This document shows, piece by piece, positions 39,994 to 53,360 of a stretch of DNA of 64,000 nucleotides. This DNA comes from Vicugna vicugna (taxonomy: Eukaryota): assembly GCA_013265495.1 (NCBI GenBank), contig MU058844.1, forward strand, positions 7,811,260 to 7,875,259. The letters are read 5' to 3'. The notes beneath the pieces are model-generated. The model searched no databases. It was not told the DNA's origin and worked only from the letters and a program-made list of their open reading frames with translations. Numbering within the stretch: position 1 is the stretch's first letter; each line of letters starts with the position of its first letter. The position numbers and the translations under genes were made by a program.

Positions 39994-41700
39994 TTATTGC
40001 CTGTAAAGAGGGGTGAAGGCACCCACTTGTGTATGCAAAATGAGCTATTAGAGTGTCAAAAAATATTAGAACCCCTTCTTAATTTTTAATTTAAAAATGA
40101 GAAAAAAACAATATTTACTGGAATTTAACTATTAGTATGATTTCATGTTGATGTCCTCACTCTGTTTATATCCAGATATATAATTCGGATAATTTCATGT
40201 CACGTAGGATTGCTATCCCAAAGAAAGAGTAGAAGTTTGGTAACAGAGTGTGGCATGGCGATCGCACTCATGCTTTTGCTTTCAACAGAGAATATCACAT
40301 TTTAGTGGACAGGTAACCAAGCAGCAGATTTACGTACTACATTATCCAGTTTTAAGTAAATTAATCATCATTAAAGGAGTACATAACTGTAGAATATTTT
40401 TGTAAAAAAATCATGGGCTAATGATATGCAAAGGAGGTAAAACTGAGCAATAGAGAATGGCAGAACTAATTCTCCTAATCTCTAGTACCAGCTCCTCATC
40501 AGCTACGTTGAAAGATAAATCATGATTCTAATCAGATCAGACAAGAAGCTGCCAAAAATATTAAAGTTATCTAGAAGGCTTTTAAATGTGAATTTATATA
40601 TTATTTACAATGAACATTTTTACAGAGCATTTGTGACTCTAACAATGAGTGAGAAAGTATTCGGTTTCCAAAACAACTTCATGCTATGAAGAGAACACTG
40701 TGGAGAAAAAGTTTTTGGAAATATCTGTCCTTATATGAAGTTACTCCAAAAATGTCTGCATATCAATATTTAAAAAGAAAAGCTTATGTCTGTACACTTT
40801 CATTCAAAGAAATGGTTTTAGATATTTATGCCATTTGTGCAAAGTCTAGATTTTGTTTACAATTATAAATTTTTGACTCCCAGGGAAGATTAGAATTTGT
40901 AAGATGAATTCAGCCTACAAATCTTCACAGAATGAACGAATGTAGTTTAAAAGTGAGTATCATGTTGCGTTAGCTTTAGCGAATGAATTTTTTCTTTCAT
41001 TTTTCACATGTCTTTTTAAATCTTTTCCAAGCTTTGAGATATAATTGGCATACGTTATTGTATAAGTTTAAGGTGTACATCATGATGATTTGATACATAA
41101 ATTGCAAAATGATTACCACAATAGGGTTAGTTAATACCTCCATCATTCACATAATTACCATCTTGTGTTCATGTATGTATGTGGTGAAAACATTTAAAAT
41201 CTACTCTCTTAGAGGCTTCTAAGTATATAATACAGTATTATTTACTACCGTCACTGTACTGTAGTTTAGATCCCTAGAACTTACTCATCTTATCACTGGA
41301 AGCTTGTACCCTGTGTTTCTTCCATTGAAAGGTCCTACTTCAGTGACAGCCATTAAAACCAAGAATCGAAATAAACTGAATTCAAAACCTGACTTTTAAA
41401 TCACTTTGTCAAATGGTACCTAAACCAAGATGTTCAAAAATAAAGCACCTTAAAATATATCTTCTGAAATTTTATTAATAATCATCTTGGGTAAAAACAA
41501 AAAATGAGGTTTGTACTAGTAATAAAAATGAATGAAATTATTTTAAAGTGTTTTTACTCTTTATTCTTTTAAATCTCTATTATGAAAATTATATATAGTA
41601 CTTTAGCAAGTAACTTATCAATAAATAATTTTAGATGTATTAAGAATATCCTCAAAATTGCTCATTAGAGTGTACTATCAAAAAAGTTTGTGAATCACTG
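39994..41700 (+). mobile_element. hAT-Charlie (Charlie7-like) transposon fossil, internally deleted, both ends recognisable
   Basis: Left end aaagaggggtgaaggcaccc...aaaatattagaac; right end gtgtactatcaaaaaagtttgtgaatcactg; about 41343-41397 translates to VTAIKTKNRNKLNSKPDF, resembling the hAT C-terminal dimerisation region. Confidence 0.6.
40990..41312 (-). mobile_element. L1 3' end (L1MA-type) inserted in the Charlie fossil
   Basis: ttgagatataattggcatac...tgtataagtttaaggtgtacatcatgatgatttgatac...gcaaaatgattaccacaata. Confidence 0.85.
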
Positions 41701-41769
41701 TCATGAAGAATGTTGCACAACATACATTTATTACTCTCTGAATGTGCTTTATGGTACACAATCATCTAA

Positions 41770-41940
41770 TAAAGTGGAAATAGCCCAGCACTGAGTGACC
41801 TAGATTCTAATCCAATTTAAAAAGTTGTAAAACCCCAGGCAAGTCAACTTACCTCTCTGGGACATTTTTACCCACCTGCAAAATAAAATGGTTGGGCTAG
41901 CTGATCTCTAATGACCCATCTAACCCTTAAGTTCTACTTT
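41770..41940 (+). mobile_element. MIR fragment
   Basis: ggcaagtcaacttacctctctggg...cacctgcaaaataaaatggttgggctag. Confidence 0.6.
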
Positions 41941-44900
41941 CAAGATGTTCTTCCTATAAGACTGTGAATTTACAGCTATGTTTTTATTTAATGATAATTA
42001 AATGATAATGTATCATAGAACAAGTGACTAACGATGACAAAGGACAAACAAAAAAGCAAAAACTAATTTTTAGAAGATGAATAAAATTCATATTAAATGC
42101 CAGATCTCAAGAGTATGATGAATCTGATTGATCAGTTTACAAGCACTATTTCCTGCCAATTGTTAGACATAGTGTTCTGCTTTTGGAGGGACACAAAAGA
42201 TTAACATAACGCTATCCCTCTCAATTACACTCTACATAGTAATTTGTGAAGAAGTAATAGCAGCACTGATAGAAAGCTCCTATCATTGCTTAATTCTCAT
42301 TTTACAGTGGGGATTATGCTTTCTTTTGTTAAAGTAGAGCTACATCCTAATAAGCAAAGGGAAGGAAATAAAGCAATGCATTTAGATGACTCCAACTAAA
42401 ATGCATTAGAGGGTATTCTTGTTCCCGGGTTAAATGTAAAAGAAGCTTCATATCTTATTTATCTACGGTTTATTTCAAAACTTCTGTTAACATATATCAC
42501 TTCCCAAATCACACCTTTGGTTACAAAGCACTAAATGCACTGTTCTTTTGGCTTATTAATTTTTGCAGTCTTCCTACTGAGGGTGGTCAAAGTAAGTAGA
42601 TAGGACTACAAAGTGTCAATCATAAAACACAATAAGCCTAATTCACTATAGTTCATATTTATAAACATACTCTAAAGGAAACATTCACCCCAAAATGCAC
42701 GTGCTTCTGAGATGGTTTTAGAGAAACAATCTTGTAGATGTGACTTAAAAACAGTTATTCTGATATACAATAATTTTTTGAGGAAAAAAATGACTCCCTC
42801 ATTCACTATAACTTCTTTAATCACCCATGAATAACAGATACTACCTAACACCCACTCTACATTGTGCATTGTTGTAAATTTGGGCATTTATTATGAACAA
42901 GAGAAAACTTCTATCCTCCAAAAGTTTCCATTCTCAAGAGAGAAATAAAGGTATTTAGCAAACAAATAATATAAATAATATAATTCTCAATAGGGAAGAG
43001 TGCTCTAAGGAAAACTATAACAAGGTTTTAAGAGAGTGGCTATAATGTAATGATAAATGCCAGATTCTGATGAGGTGTTTGGAAGATTTAGTTGTGGAAG
43101 AGATGAGAGAAGGAAGTGTGGAAATTCAAATGTTGTGGAGTTCCAGATGATATGAAAATCTATGGTCTGATCATGTAATGAAGAATAATATAGAAGAATA
43201 GAGCTTCCATGGTTTGGAATGGAATAACAAAGTCTGAAGGCAGCAGATGGGCTAGCAACAGGAACAGTGAACCAGGCAAAAGAGGATGAAAAGAGAGATT
43301 AAGCCAAGTAGCCAAATTCTTCATGTGTACGGCAGAGTAATTTAAGTTAGAAAAGAGCCATGTTTAAAAGTAGGAGTGATGGCTGGACTCCATTAGCCCA
43401 GAATAAAGAATGGGGTTTTTAGACAGAGAGAGAGAACAACAATCATCTTTCTATGATCACTCAAAAATATTTAAAACATGCTCAATTGATCTAAAAATAC
43501 AGTAAATCTAAAAAACATGGGCATGTAGGAGAATGAGCAGCATTTAAATGAGTGTATAGACCAAGTGTCTTCAATGGAGAAAGAAAACTAAGTTGAGGAG
43601 GAGAAAGGATGTCAGAAGCACTCCGTGAAGAAGTGAAACACAAACTGGAGCAACAAAAAGGGCTGGGTGAAAAGTTAGCACTGGAAGGACAAGTCTCGGG
43701 TAGAGGAAAGCACAGAACAGAATAAGGATTAAAGTTTTTGGCAGGATAATTAATCAGAGGGACTTCTACTTCATTGTGTCCATGAGTGACATAAATAATT
43801 AAGGAAATACCAAAATATAAAGTCAGTTCAAATTATTAGACATAAGCAAACACATACATATAATATACAATGTGATATACAATGTAATACATATCAGACA
43901 TACTCAGTATTACACATTTTTCTTCATAAGATGTTTAAGGCAGCTTCATTCACTCATTATTTCACAAACTGTACTATTTCAAGCATGATCAGGAATAGTC
44001 TGGCAAACATGAACACACGAAACTATCTGATAATCTCAGGTTTCAGGGCAATTGTGCTAAAAACAATGACGTAATCTAAGCATACATGTTAAAATAATAA
44101 AATAATTTGAGTTACCTCCCTTCTATGATCTGGTTCCCTTTATTGCTTCCTGATTGATTTAGTGGTTGAAGAGGCCTGAGGGTGTGCATTCGTTCACAGA
44201 AATCTAACTAATACAACTTTTACTAAGTCCCAAAGTTTGGAGTCTTACACTTGTGGTAGCAGATGCAGGATTGGCATGTGACTTCATACTGTTAACCCCA
44301 GCACATTAGTTTTATAATCATTTTCCCATTTTTTTCTGTCATCTTCTATGAGTTCACAAGAACCCGTTCTGAGGGTCTAAATGGTATACAAATATAAATA
44401 ACTACCCTACAGCCCAGATTAGCCATCCTGTGACTAAAATATTTAACATGGTGCCTTCTACTTCCTGAGGCATTTATTATTTAGCAAGAGTCTATTATTA
44501 AGAAATTTCCATCTAAGTATTCATAGCTAGTGTGTTTTAGTAATAGCAATCCTTTCCCCATCTCTGGTTAAGTTAAACCACGTGACATGCTAAACCACTA
44601 GAGGTGAAAATCAGTTTGGAGTACTCTCAGAAGAATGAATAGATCTCACCAGCAACCCACTCCACTAAAAATGCTATAAAAATGATCAGGATAAAATCTG
44701 ACCTATACTGAGTAAGAAAAGAAAACAAGAGAAATGCAAACAAACTGTCAAACAACAGAAGAAATAAAATTGGTCATTTGGTCATTTCAGTCAAACACCA
44801 CACAGTAAAACTGACAAACAGACTCAATTTGGGGGTAAAGTTTATCTTTCCAGTCACTGCGACTAGTCATTAACAATTTAAACCTATATTTATGCTAATA

Positions 44901-46555
44901 TTATCTATACAATATTGGTGATTGATATTACAACCACTCCAAAAAGAAATTTCCAGAGGTTTAATATTTCTGGCGGGCGGAGAAATAGACAATTTACCAC
45001 CACAGATGTTTGCTTTGCACATACCCCAAGTAAATAGCTTAAAACTAGGTTAGTATAACAAGGTAATTTTTTTCATTCTCTTTTCTAACACTCAGTTTTC
45101 ACTGAAAAAACTTCACAAGACACTCTTCCAATAAATATCTAAATAGTATACGAGCTCTTCAATTCCACACTATCACGCAGGCCATATAGGCTGTGGGGTT
45201 GTAAAGGAAATTTTATATCTTAAAAGAATTCAGTGCTAACTAAATCAACGTTGATGCTACACCCAGGAACAAAGATCACAAAATGGAAGAAAGACATTTC
45301 CCAAGATCACCCCCTCCTCTCAAGCAGTTTCCACCACTCTGTTAGAAAATACATCATTCTTTTGTTAACCACAGATAAATTCCTGGTCTTCCTCCTTGCT
45401 TGTTTTTCACCCTTTTATCCTATCTGGAGGGTTTGGTTTGTTTTTCCTGACAGCATTTGAGATTTCTAAGCTACTGTAGCGGTGCCAGCCCATACTGTGC
45501 ACGGTAAATGAAGAAGAAACAATCTGGCTGTTGTTTTAACACTCTGCAAACAGCAACTTGCTTCTTCTGCTTGATTTTTGCCCCTGGACATCCGACAGAG
45601 CAATAATCAATCCACCAAATGAAAGACAGTTTTCGCCTTCATCTTCCCCACATGTGAATTTGGCGATTTGAGATGGCTATTTACAATTCAAAGTAAAGTT
45701 TTGTTTTTTAATCATGCATTGGCGTTCTTTTACACAGTAAGAAAATGTTACCTTCCTCAGATTATTTTTCTTACTAAATTCTAGTAAGTCATTCCTTGGA
45801 ATTTACGCCAACTGCAACACCGAAGAACAAGGCTTTTTTGTGTTTTTTTCTTCAAATGGGCCCAAATGATAAGACTCTTGATCAAATTAAATCTACAGTG
45901 CTAAACTTTACAGCAACTATCAGAGGGTAAGAACATCATCTCATTGTGTGAGTGTAACAAAAGTATTTACTAAAAAGAGTAATTATTAAGCTTGTATATG
46001 GGAGCAAAATGTACCATCCAAAAAAATATTTCTCTTCTGCATGAGAATTAATTTATGCTGATTATTTTTTAAAAAAACAGAAGACTCAGGAAGTTTTTCT
46101 TGTTACCTCCCTCTTAACTGCCTAAAAGAATACAGATAAAGGGCCTGTGTTCCCAGGACAGAGCTATCAGCAGAGTTATCTGCAAAGAATATGGACTAAG
46201 TGTGGTGGGGGCCACTTGGTAGGGCCCACTCTGTGTCCCATTGTCTCTACATGGTCCAGCAAACATTTGTTTAGCAAACACTTGCTTTTCCACCTCCACG
46301 TGAATTTCCTTCCTCCCTTGTAAAGTCCCGAGCTACTACCCACAACATCCTCCTTTGCCTGTACCTGAAGGTAGTCTCTAAGCTGAGGGTTTGGGCCATT
46401 TTGGCAAGTTTCTCAGTTTTCCTGGCTCTCTCCCATGTAGGCATGTTATTAAACTTCCTTATTTTCTCCTGTTAATCTGTCTCATGTCAATTTAATTCTT
46501 TAATCATCCAGAAGAACTTAAAAACGTGGAGGAAATTTTGTTACTTGATGACAGT

Positions 46556-46575
46556 TGGTGTAGTCAGCAGGATTC
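46556..46575 (+). other. Primer-binding site complementary to the tRNA-Ser 3' end
   Basis: tggtgtagtcagcaggattc vs expected tggcgtagtcggcaggattc; both mismatches are CpG-decay transitions; separated from the LTR-terminal CA by 2 nt. Confidence 0.85.
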
Positions 46576-48836
46576 AACTTTACTGGCTGAACACCATTCA
46601 CCCCAAGGCTGCTGTAGCTAAGAGATCTTGGGGCAACTGGCAAAAGCCACAGAAGGTAAGAATTCTTACTATGTGAGTCAGTATCCTGGATCGCTGCCTG
46701 CAGATTCTGTTGGAAAGGAGGGTGATAGGACTCTTCTTTCCTTTTGCTAAAATTAGATCAGCAGGAAAAAATAATTGTGGAGTTAGTTCCTCACTTAGCA
46801 ACTCTGGCAAATTTAATATAGTATTTCATGGCTTTATTGATCATTTCCTCCCAGAGATGGTCACTATTTTCCTTATCTCTGCTGTGTTTTTTGTCTGGCT
46901 CTATATTCTGAGAGCTTGACTTTATGACCAGTGAGAATATTCTTTCTGGTCTCTGCCCGGATCTGGAAGGTACATATACCGCTGTGCACTTGGTGGTCAG
47001 TGGAATAGACTGGGATCTGAGCAGCTGTAACTAGTTGATCAGAAGCAGGCAACAAAGTGACTGGTGTCTGTTAGTCTAGCCATGCCAGCTCTCAGGGGAG
47101 ATATTCATAAATGGTTTCAGTCCATTAAGGACCTTTGTCATCTCAACCTTTGTTTTTTGTTTGTTTGTTTGTTTTACCTTTGGATAGTCTGCTGAAAATC
47201 AGGAATTTTACGTTTTATCAAAATAATTTCCTGGGTTGTTTGCACCTAAGCCTATTCAAAATATTGAGTTAAGGCTTTGTATTAGTATTCAATTTTCTAT
47301 TTTTGCCCTTGAAGTCTATGTTTAAACATATAACTAAGTGTTTTTGCAGTGTCCTATGATCTTATTTGATTAAGTGTTTCAAACCTTTTTGATATTTTTA
47401 ACAAACTCCCCAAAACTAAATTCTAAATGAAGTCTTACTGACCTGGAAATAAATGAAATTTTTAAGACAGACCCAGAAATATCTCAAAAGATTCGTTTTC
47501 TCTCCTTATGAAAGAGAGATACTAAATTAATTAAGCTTTTTGGTATGCTAAATTACATAGGAAGCATTGTAAAATGAATGCTGATAACCCTTCTTAGGTT
47601 ATACTTTATGGCTAAATGTTATAAATATTCTAGAAATTATTTCTAAAATTCAAATAAAGTCCTGGTAAAATACTATCAGTCATAATTCTACTTATGTTAA
47701 AATATTATCTGTCACAGAAATAACCAAATTTCCTTGTCAAATTACATTATAACAAATCAGATCTTAACCATGCCATCCTAAGTCTTTTGGCATTTATAGA
47801 CAATTACTGTTTTACTTTGACATTTTCACAAACATGCTTCATCTTCAAGAAGATTTACAGAAAGGATTTTTGACAAATATAAGTTTCTGATAACTTTCAC
47901 TTTATATCACTGAACTTGGGAAAAAAACAGAGCACTCTAATGGAAAAACTGATCGCTTCACAAAACTGTTAGTAAGAGATCAAGATCAACAAGAACTAAC
48001 TACATGGACTGAATGAACTGATGAATATGATTAAAATTTTCATGACTTTTTGTCTGAAATATTACTGCTTTTTAATCTTTGTGTTCCATATATAAAGAAA
48101 CCTCTCCCCTTACACTAACTATAACTTAACAGCAATTTGGTACATTATACTTTTACAAGCAGAATTAAAGCATTTATCTTTTCTTCCCTAGCTTATCCCT
48201 CCAGAATTTGGCAACTCTTAGTATTCTTATTTTTGTGACAATATAGTTTTTTGGTTTGTTTTTTTTTTTAACATAAGTCCACTAAGAATCTGTTCTCCTT
48301 ATAACAGGACACAATTGGAAATACTGGTTATGTTACCAAAGCTTTGACTGGAATGTCATATTTGAGAATGTGCACTCCATCACATATGACCAGACAGATT
48401 TAAGGAACTAAGGTTGACTTCCTGAAGCCTGGAAGTTTCTTGGTAAAATAGCCTGGTACATTGCTCACAGGGTATAAGCAGCTTTACCAGGTGATTAAGG
48501 AAGGTCATTTCCTGGCAGGTACAGGAACCTCAGGAAATTCGGGGGAAACTCAAGAAAAGAATTCACCCAGATCCATAGGCATTACAGATAAGTCTGCTGT
48601 CAAGTGACTGACTCAGCTTCCTACCCTTAGGAGGCATTTAAAAGTCCAATTTGGTGATTCCTTATGAAAAGTTCCAGCCAAGCATTTTTTAAGTATCCTA
48701 TATACTCAATCACTATTCTTAATGACTTATGTAAATAATTGGTCCAAGTTAATTAAAACTATACTTGTTTTACAAACAACTTAGCCTTAATTTGGCTATC
48801 TTTGGTTAAAAATAAGGGCTATTTTAGAGAGAAAAA

Positions 48837-49730
48837 ATGTGTCTCACTAGAAACTATAATACAAAATTATGGATAATAGATTCTAGTTCTGTAAATCACT
48901 TTTGAGGTTTTGTTTTTCCACCCATAACCTGGACTACATCCTGAATTCACCTAATTTCCTCCAATATTTGGCTACAGCTCTCCAAACCAGTGTTTCCAGT
49001 TTTTCTTCCACATTTTACTTGAGTGAGAGTAAAAGCTGTCCTCTTCCTAAAGCCCTGCAAATGGAAGCCGAATAGTTTGATATAAACTTAAGAGATCACC
49101 ACAGAAGTCCATGTTTAGACAATATTTGAGCCTGCTTATATGTGAGCCCCTCAGAAAGTTTACCCAAACACTTGATGACATCATCAGAAACATTCAAACT
49201 ACAAACCAGGAAAACCTATCAGATTGTCACTGCTTGCCCTACTCCATCTGAAGATGCTTGAACCCTGACATATAGAATCTTCTATGTGTCTCACTAGAAA
49301 CTATAATACAAAATTATGGATAATAGATTCTAGTTCTGTAAATCACTTTTGAGGTTTTGTTTTTCCACCCATAACCTGGACTACATCCTGAATTCACCTA
49401 ATTTCCTCCAATATTTGGCTACAGCTCTCCAAACCAGTGTTTCCAGTTTTTCTTCCACATTTTACTTGAGTGAGAGTAAAAGCTGTCCTCTTCCTAAAGC
49501 CCTGCAAATGGAAGCCGAATAGTTTGATATAAACTTAAGAGATCACCACAGAAGTCCATGTTTAGACAATATTTGAGCCTGCTTATATGTGAGCCCCTCA
49601 GAAAGTTTACCCAAACACTTGATGACATCATCAGAAACATTCAAACTACAAACCAGGAAAACCTATCAGATTGTCACTGCTTGCCCTACTCCATCTGAAG
49701 ATGCTTGAACCCTGACATATAGAATCTTCT
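48837..49730. repeat. 447-bp tandem duplication, apparently identical copies
   Basis: 48837-49283 equals 49284-49730; no mismatch found by eye. Confidence 0.95.
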
Positions 49731-50095
49731 CAACTGGCAGCTCTCGGGATTCAAACACTGGATTTACAATTTGTTCCAATCACTAACATTGTTTTTCTTT
49801 CCCCTCCATAGAAATACATCTGATTAAAAACCTCACTGCTTGTATATTATAGGCCTAACTTTGAGAGCTCACCTACATCAACACCTCCTGAAATGAATTT
49901 AAGGACTGACCTATTGTCAGGACTAAGTGACTGACTCAATAAAATGCAGCAGTCTACCAACTCAGCTTCTGGACTGTGAAATTTCTTGGAGAAGTTTCAG
50001 AGATGGGACTGTAAGGAGCAAAATTCGTCACCCCAAAATGTGTCTTTGGGCATGAAGATTAATTTAGGCTGATTATTTTTAAGAAATAGGAAATT

Positions 50096-53000
50096 GAGGA
50101 GAGGTAGAATCAAAATGGCAGAGTAGGAAGACTTTGAGTTCACATCCTCACAGATACTTCAAAACTACAGCTACATATAGAACAACTAAGAGCAACATTT
50201 AGACAAGCAGGGCAGCTCTCCTACAACTGAGGATGTAAAGAAAAAACACACCAAGAGGGGGATATCACAGATTTGAAGAATCCCCCCAAGGAGCAAAGTG
50301 TTTGAGATCCACATTGGGCAATCCAGGCTTGGGGGTCAGCACCAGGAAAATGAGCACCTAACATCAGAGCACCTAAATATATAAAGCAAATACTAACATA
50401 AAGTGAGAAATTGACAGTAATACAATAATAATGGAAGAATTCAATACTCCAGTTAAATTATCCGGATAGAAAATCAATAAAGAAACATTGTCCTTAAATG
50501 AAAGATTACAACAGATGAACTTATTAGATATCTACAGAATAGTCCATCCCAAAACAGCAGAATACACATTTTTTTCAAGTGCACATTGAACATTTTCCAG
50601 GATAGATCACATACTAAGCCACAAAACAAGTCTCAATAAATTTAAGAAGACTGAAACTGTATCAAGCATCTTCAGCAATCATAGTGGTATGAAGTTAGAA
50701 GTCAATTAAAGGAAGAAAATGGAGAAAAACACAAACACATGGAAACTAAGTAACATGCTACTAAAAACGAATGACTCAAAGAAATCAAAAAGGAAATTAA
50801 AAAATACTTTGAGACAAATGAAAATAGAAACACAACCTTCCAAAATCCATGGGGTGCAGCTAAAACAGTTCTAAGAGGGAAGTTTATGACAATACAGGCC
50901 TACTTCAAGAAACATGAAAAATCTCAACTTAACTTTATACCTAAAGGAATTGTAAAAAGAAGAAAAAACAAAGCACAAAGTTAGCAGAAGGAAGGAAATA
51001 ATAAATATAAGAGTGGAAATAAAATTGAGACCCAAAATAATAGAAAAGATCAATAAAACTAAAAATCTAGGTTTTTTTTGAAAAGATAAATATTGATAAA
51101 CCTTTAGTAAGAATCATCAAGAAAAAAAGGACCAAACAGGGAAAAAAATTAGAAATGAAAGAAGAAATTAGAACCACTATCACAGAAATACAATCATAAG
51201 AGCATACTATAAACAAATAAGCCAAGTAATCAGACAACCCAGAGTAAGTCGATAAATTCTTAGAAACAAACAACATACCAAGACTGAATTAGAAAAAAAA
51301 AGAAAAACAGAAAATCTAAACAGACTGATTACTGGTAATTAAATTGTATCAGTAATCTAAAACCACAACAAAGAAAAGCTCAAGACCAAATGTTTTCACA
51401 GTGGAATTCTACGCAATATTTAAAAAAAGAGTTAATAGCTATCCTTCTCATTTTGGTTTCCTTTTTTGTTTTTTTTTCTTTCTTTTTTTTTTCTTTCAAA
51501 TAGAGGTACTGGGAATTGAACAAGTACCTTGTGCATGCTCAGCATGCACTCTACCAACTGAGCTATACCCCCAACCCGAATAGCTATCCTTCTCAAACTA
51601 TACAAAAAATTAAAGATGAGGGAGCAATTTCAAACTTACCCTACAAGGTCAGCATTGCCCCAATACAAAAACCAGACAAAAAAAAAAAAAGGAAAAGAAA
51701 ATCACAGGTCAATATCCCTGATGAACATAGATGCACGAATCCTCAACACAATATTAGCAAACCAATTTCAACAACACGTTAAAGGGATCATACATCATGA
51801 TCAAGGAGGTTTGATTCCCAGGATGTGAGGATGGTTCGTACATGTCGATCAGTCAACATGATATACCCCATTAACAAAATGAATTCACATGTTCATCAGT
51901 TGATGCAGAAAAAGCTTTTAATAAAATACAACATCCATTCATGATAAAAACTCTTCACAAAGTTGGTATAGAGAAAGTATACTTCCATAAAATAAAGGCC
52001 ATTTATGACAAATCCACAACCTCATATGCAATGAAAGCTTTTCCTTCTAAGACCAGGAACAAGACAAGAATGCTCACTCTCACCACTTTTATTCAAAATA
52101 GTATGGAAGTTTTAGCCATAGCAATCAGGTAAGAAGAAATAAAATAAATCCAAACTGGAAAGGGAGAGGTAAAACTGTTAGTTTGCAGATGACATGATAC
52201 TATATATAGAAAATCTTAAATATGCCACCAAAATACTACTAGAGCTCATCAATGAATTTGGTAATGTTGCAAGATACAAAATTAATATACAGAAATCTGT
52301 TGCATTTTTATACACTAACAATGAACTATCAGAAAGAGAGCAAAAAATAAACAAATGGGACTACACCAACCTGAAGAGATTTTGCACAGCAGGGGAAACT
52401 ATTAACAAAATGAAAAGGCCATTTACTGAATGAGAGAAGATATTTACAAACAATATATCTGGTAAGGGATTACTATTCAAAATATACAAAGAGCTCATAC
52501 AACTCAGTATCAGAAAAGCAAACAACCAATACGAAATGCGCAGAGGATCTAAATAGACATTTTCCCAAAGAAGACATAGAGATGGCAAACAGGCACATGA
52601 AAAGATGCTCATCATCACTAATCATCAGGGAAATATGAATCAAAAACTCAGTGAGTTGTCACCTCACACCTGTCAGAATGGCTACCATCAACAAGATAGG
52701 AAATAACAAGTGTTGGCAAGGATGTGGAGAAAAAGGAACACTCATGTATTGTTGGTATATTGGTGGAAAGTAAATTGGTACAGACACTATGGAAAACAGT
52801 ATAAAGATTTCTCAAAAAATTAGAAATAAAAGTACCAAAAGATTCAGCAATTCCACTTCTGGGTAATTAACGAGAGAAAATGAAAACACCAATTCAAAAT
52901 GATATATGTACTCGAATAGTCATAGCAGCCTTATTCACAAAGGCCAAGTTATGGAAGCAACCTAAGTGTCCATGGACAGATGACTGGATACAGATGTTAC

Positions 53001-53360
53001 ATATATATAGAAATAGATATAGTTATAGATAGATACAGATATAGACACATAACACACACCTACACAGTGGGTAGGTGCAACACCACTCAGCCATAAAAAA
53101 GAATGAAATACCACAATTTGTAATAATATGAATGAGCCTATAGGGTATTATGCTAAGTCAGAGAGAGAAAGACAAATGTATAGACTTTAAATAAGTCACA
53201 GATATAACGTACATCAAAGAGAATACAGTCAATAATTTTAAAACTTTGTACGGTGTATAATCAATAAAATTATCAAATCACTATGTTGTACACCTGAAAC
53301 TAGTATTACTGTAAGTCAACTATACTTCAACTTTAAAAATTTATACAATAAATAAATAAA
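50096..53360 (+). mobile_element. L1 with 5' start and poly-A end but two large internal deletions, inserted in the 3' LTR
   Basis: Starts gaggagagg...caaaatggcagagtaggaagac (L1 5' UTR start); ORF2 remnants [33 protein letters not shown] and [13 protein letters not shown]; ends caactatacttcaa...(taaa)n. Confidence 0.9.
51451..51578 (-). mobile_element. Vic-1-like tRNA-derived SINE with perfect 17-bp TSD, inside L1 ORF2
   Basis: TSD aatagctatccttctca at 51434-51450 and 51579-51595; reverse complement gggtatagctcagttggtagagtgcatgctgagcatgcacaagg...ttcaattcccagtacctc plus an A-rich tail. Confidence 0.9.
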
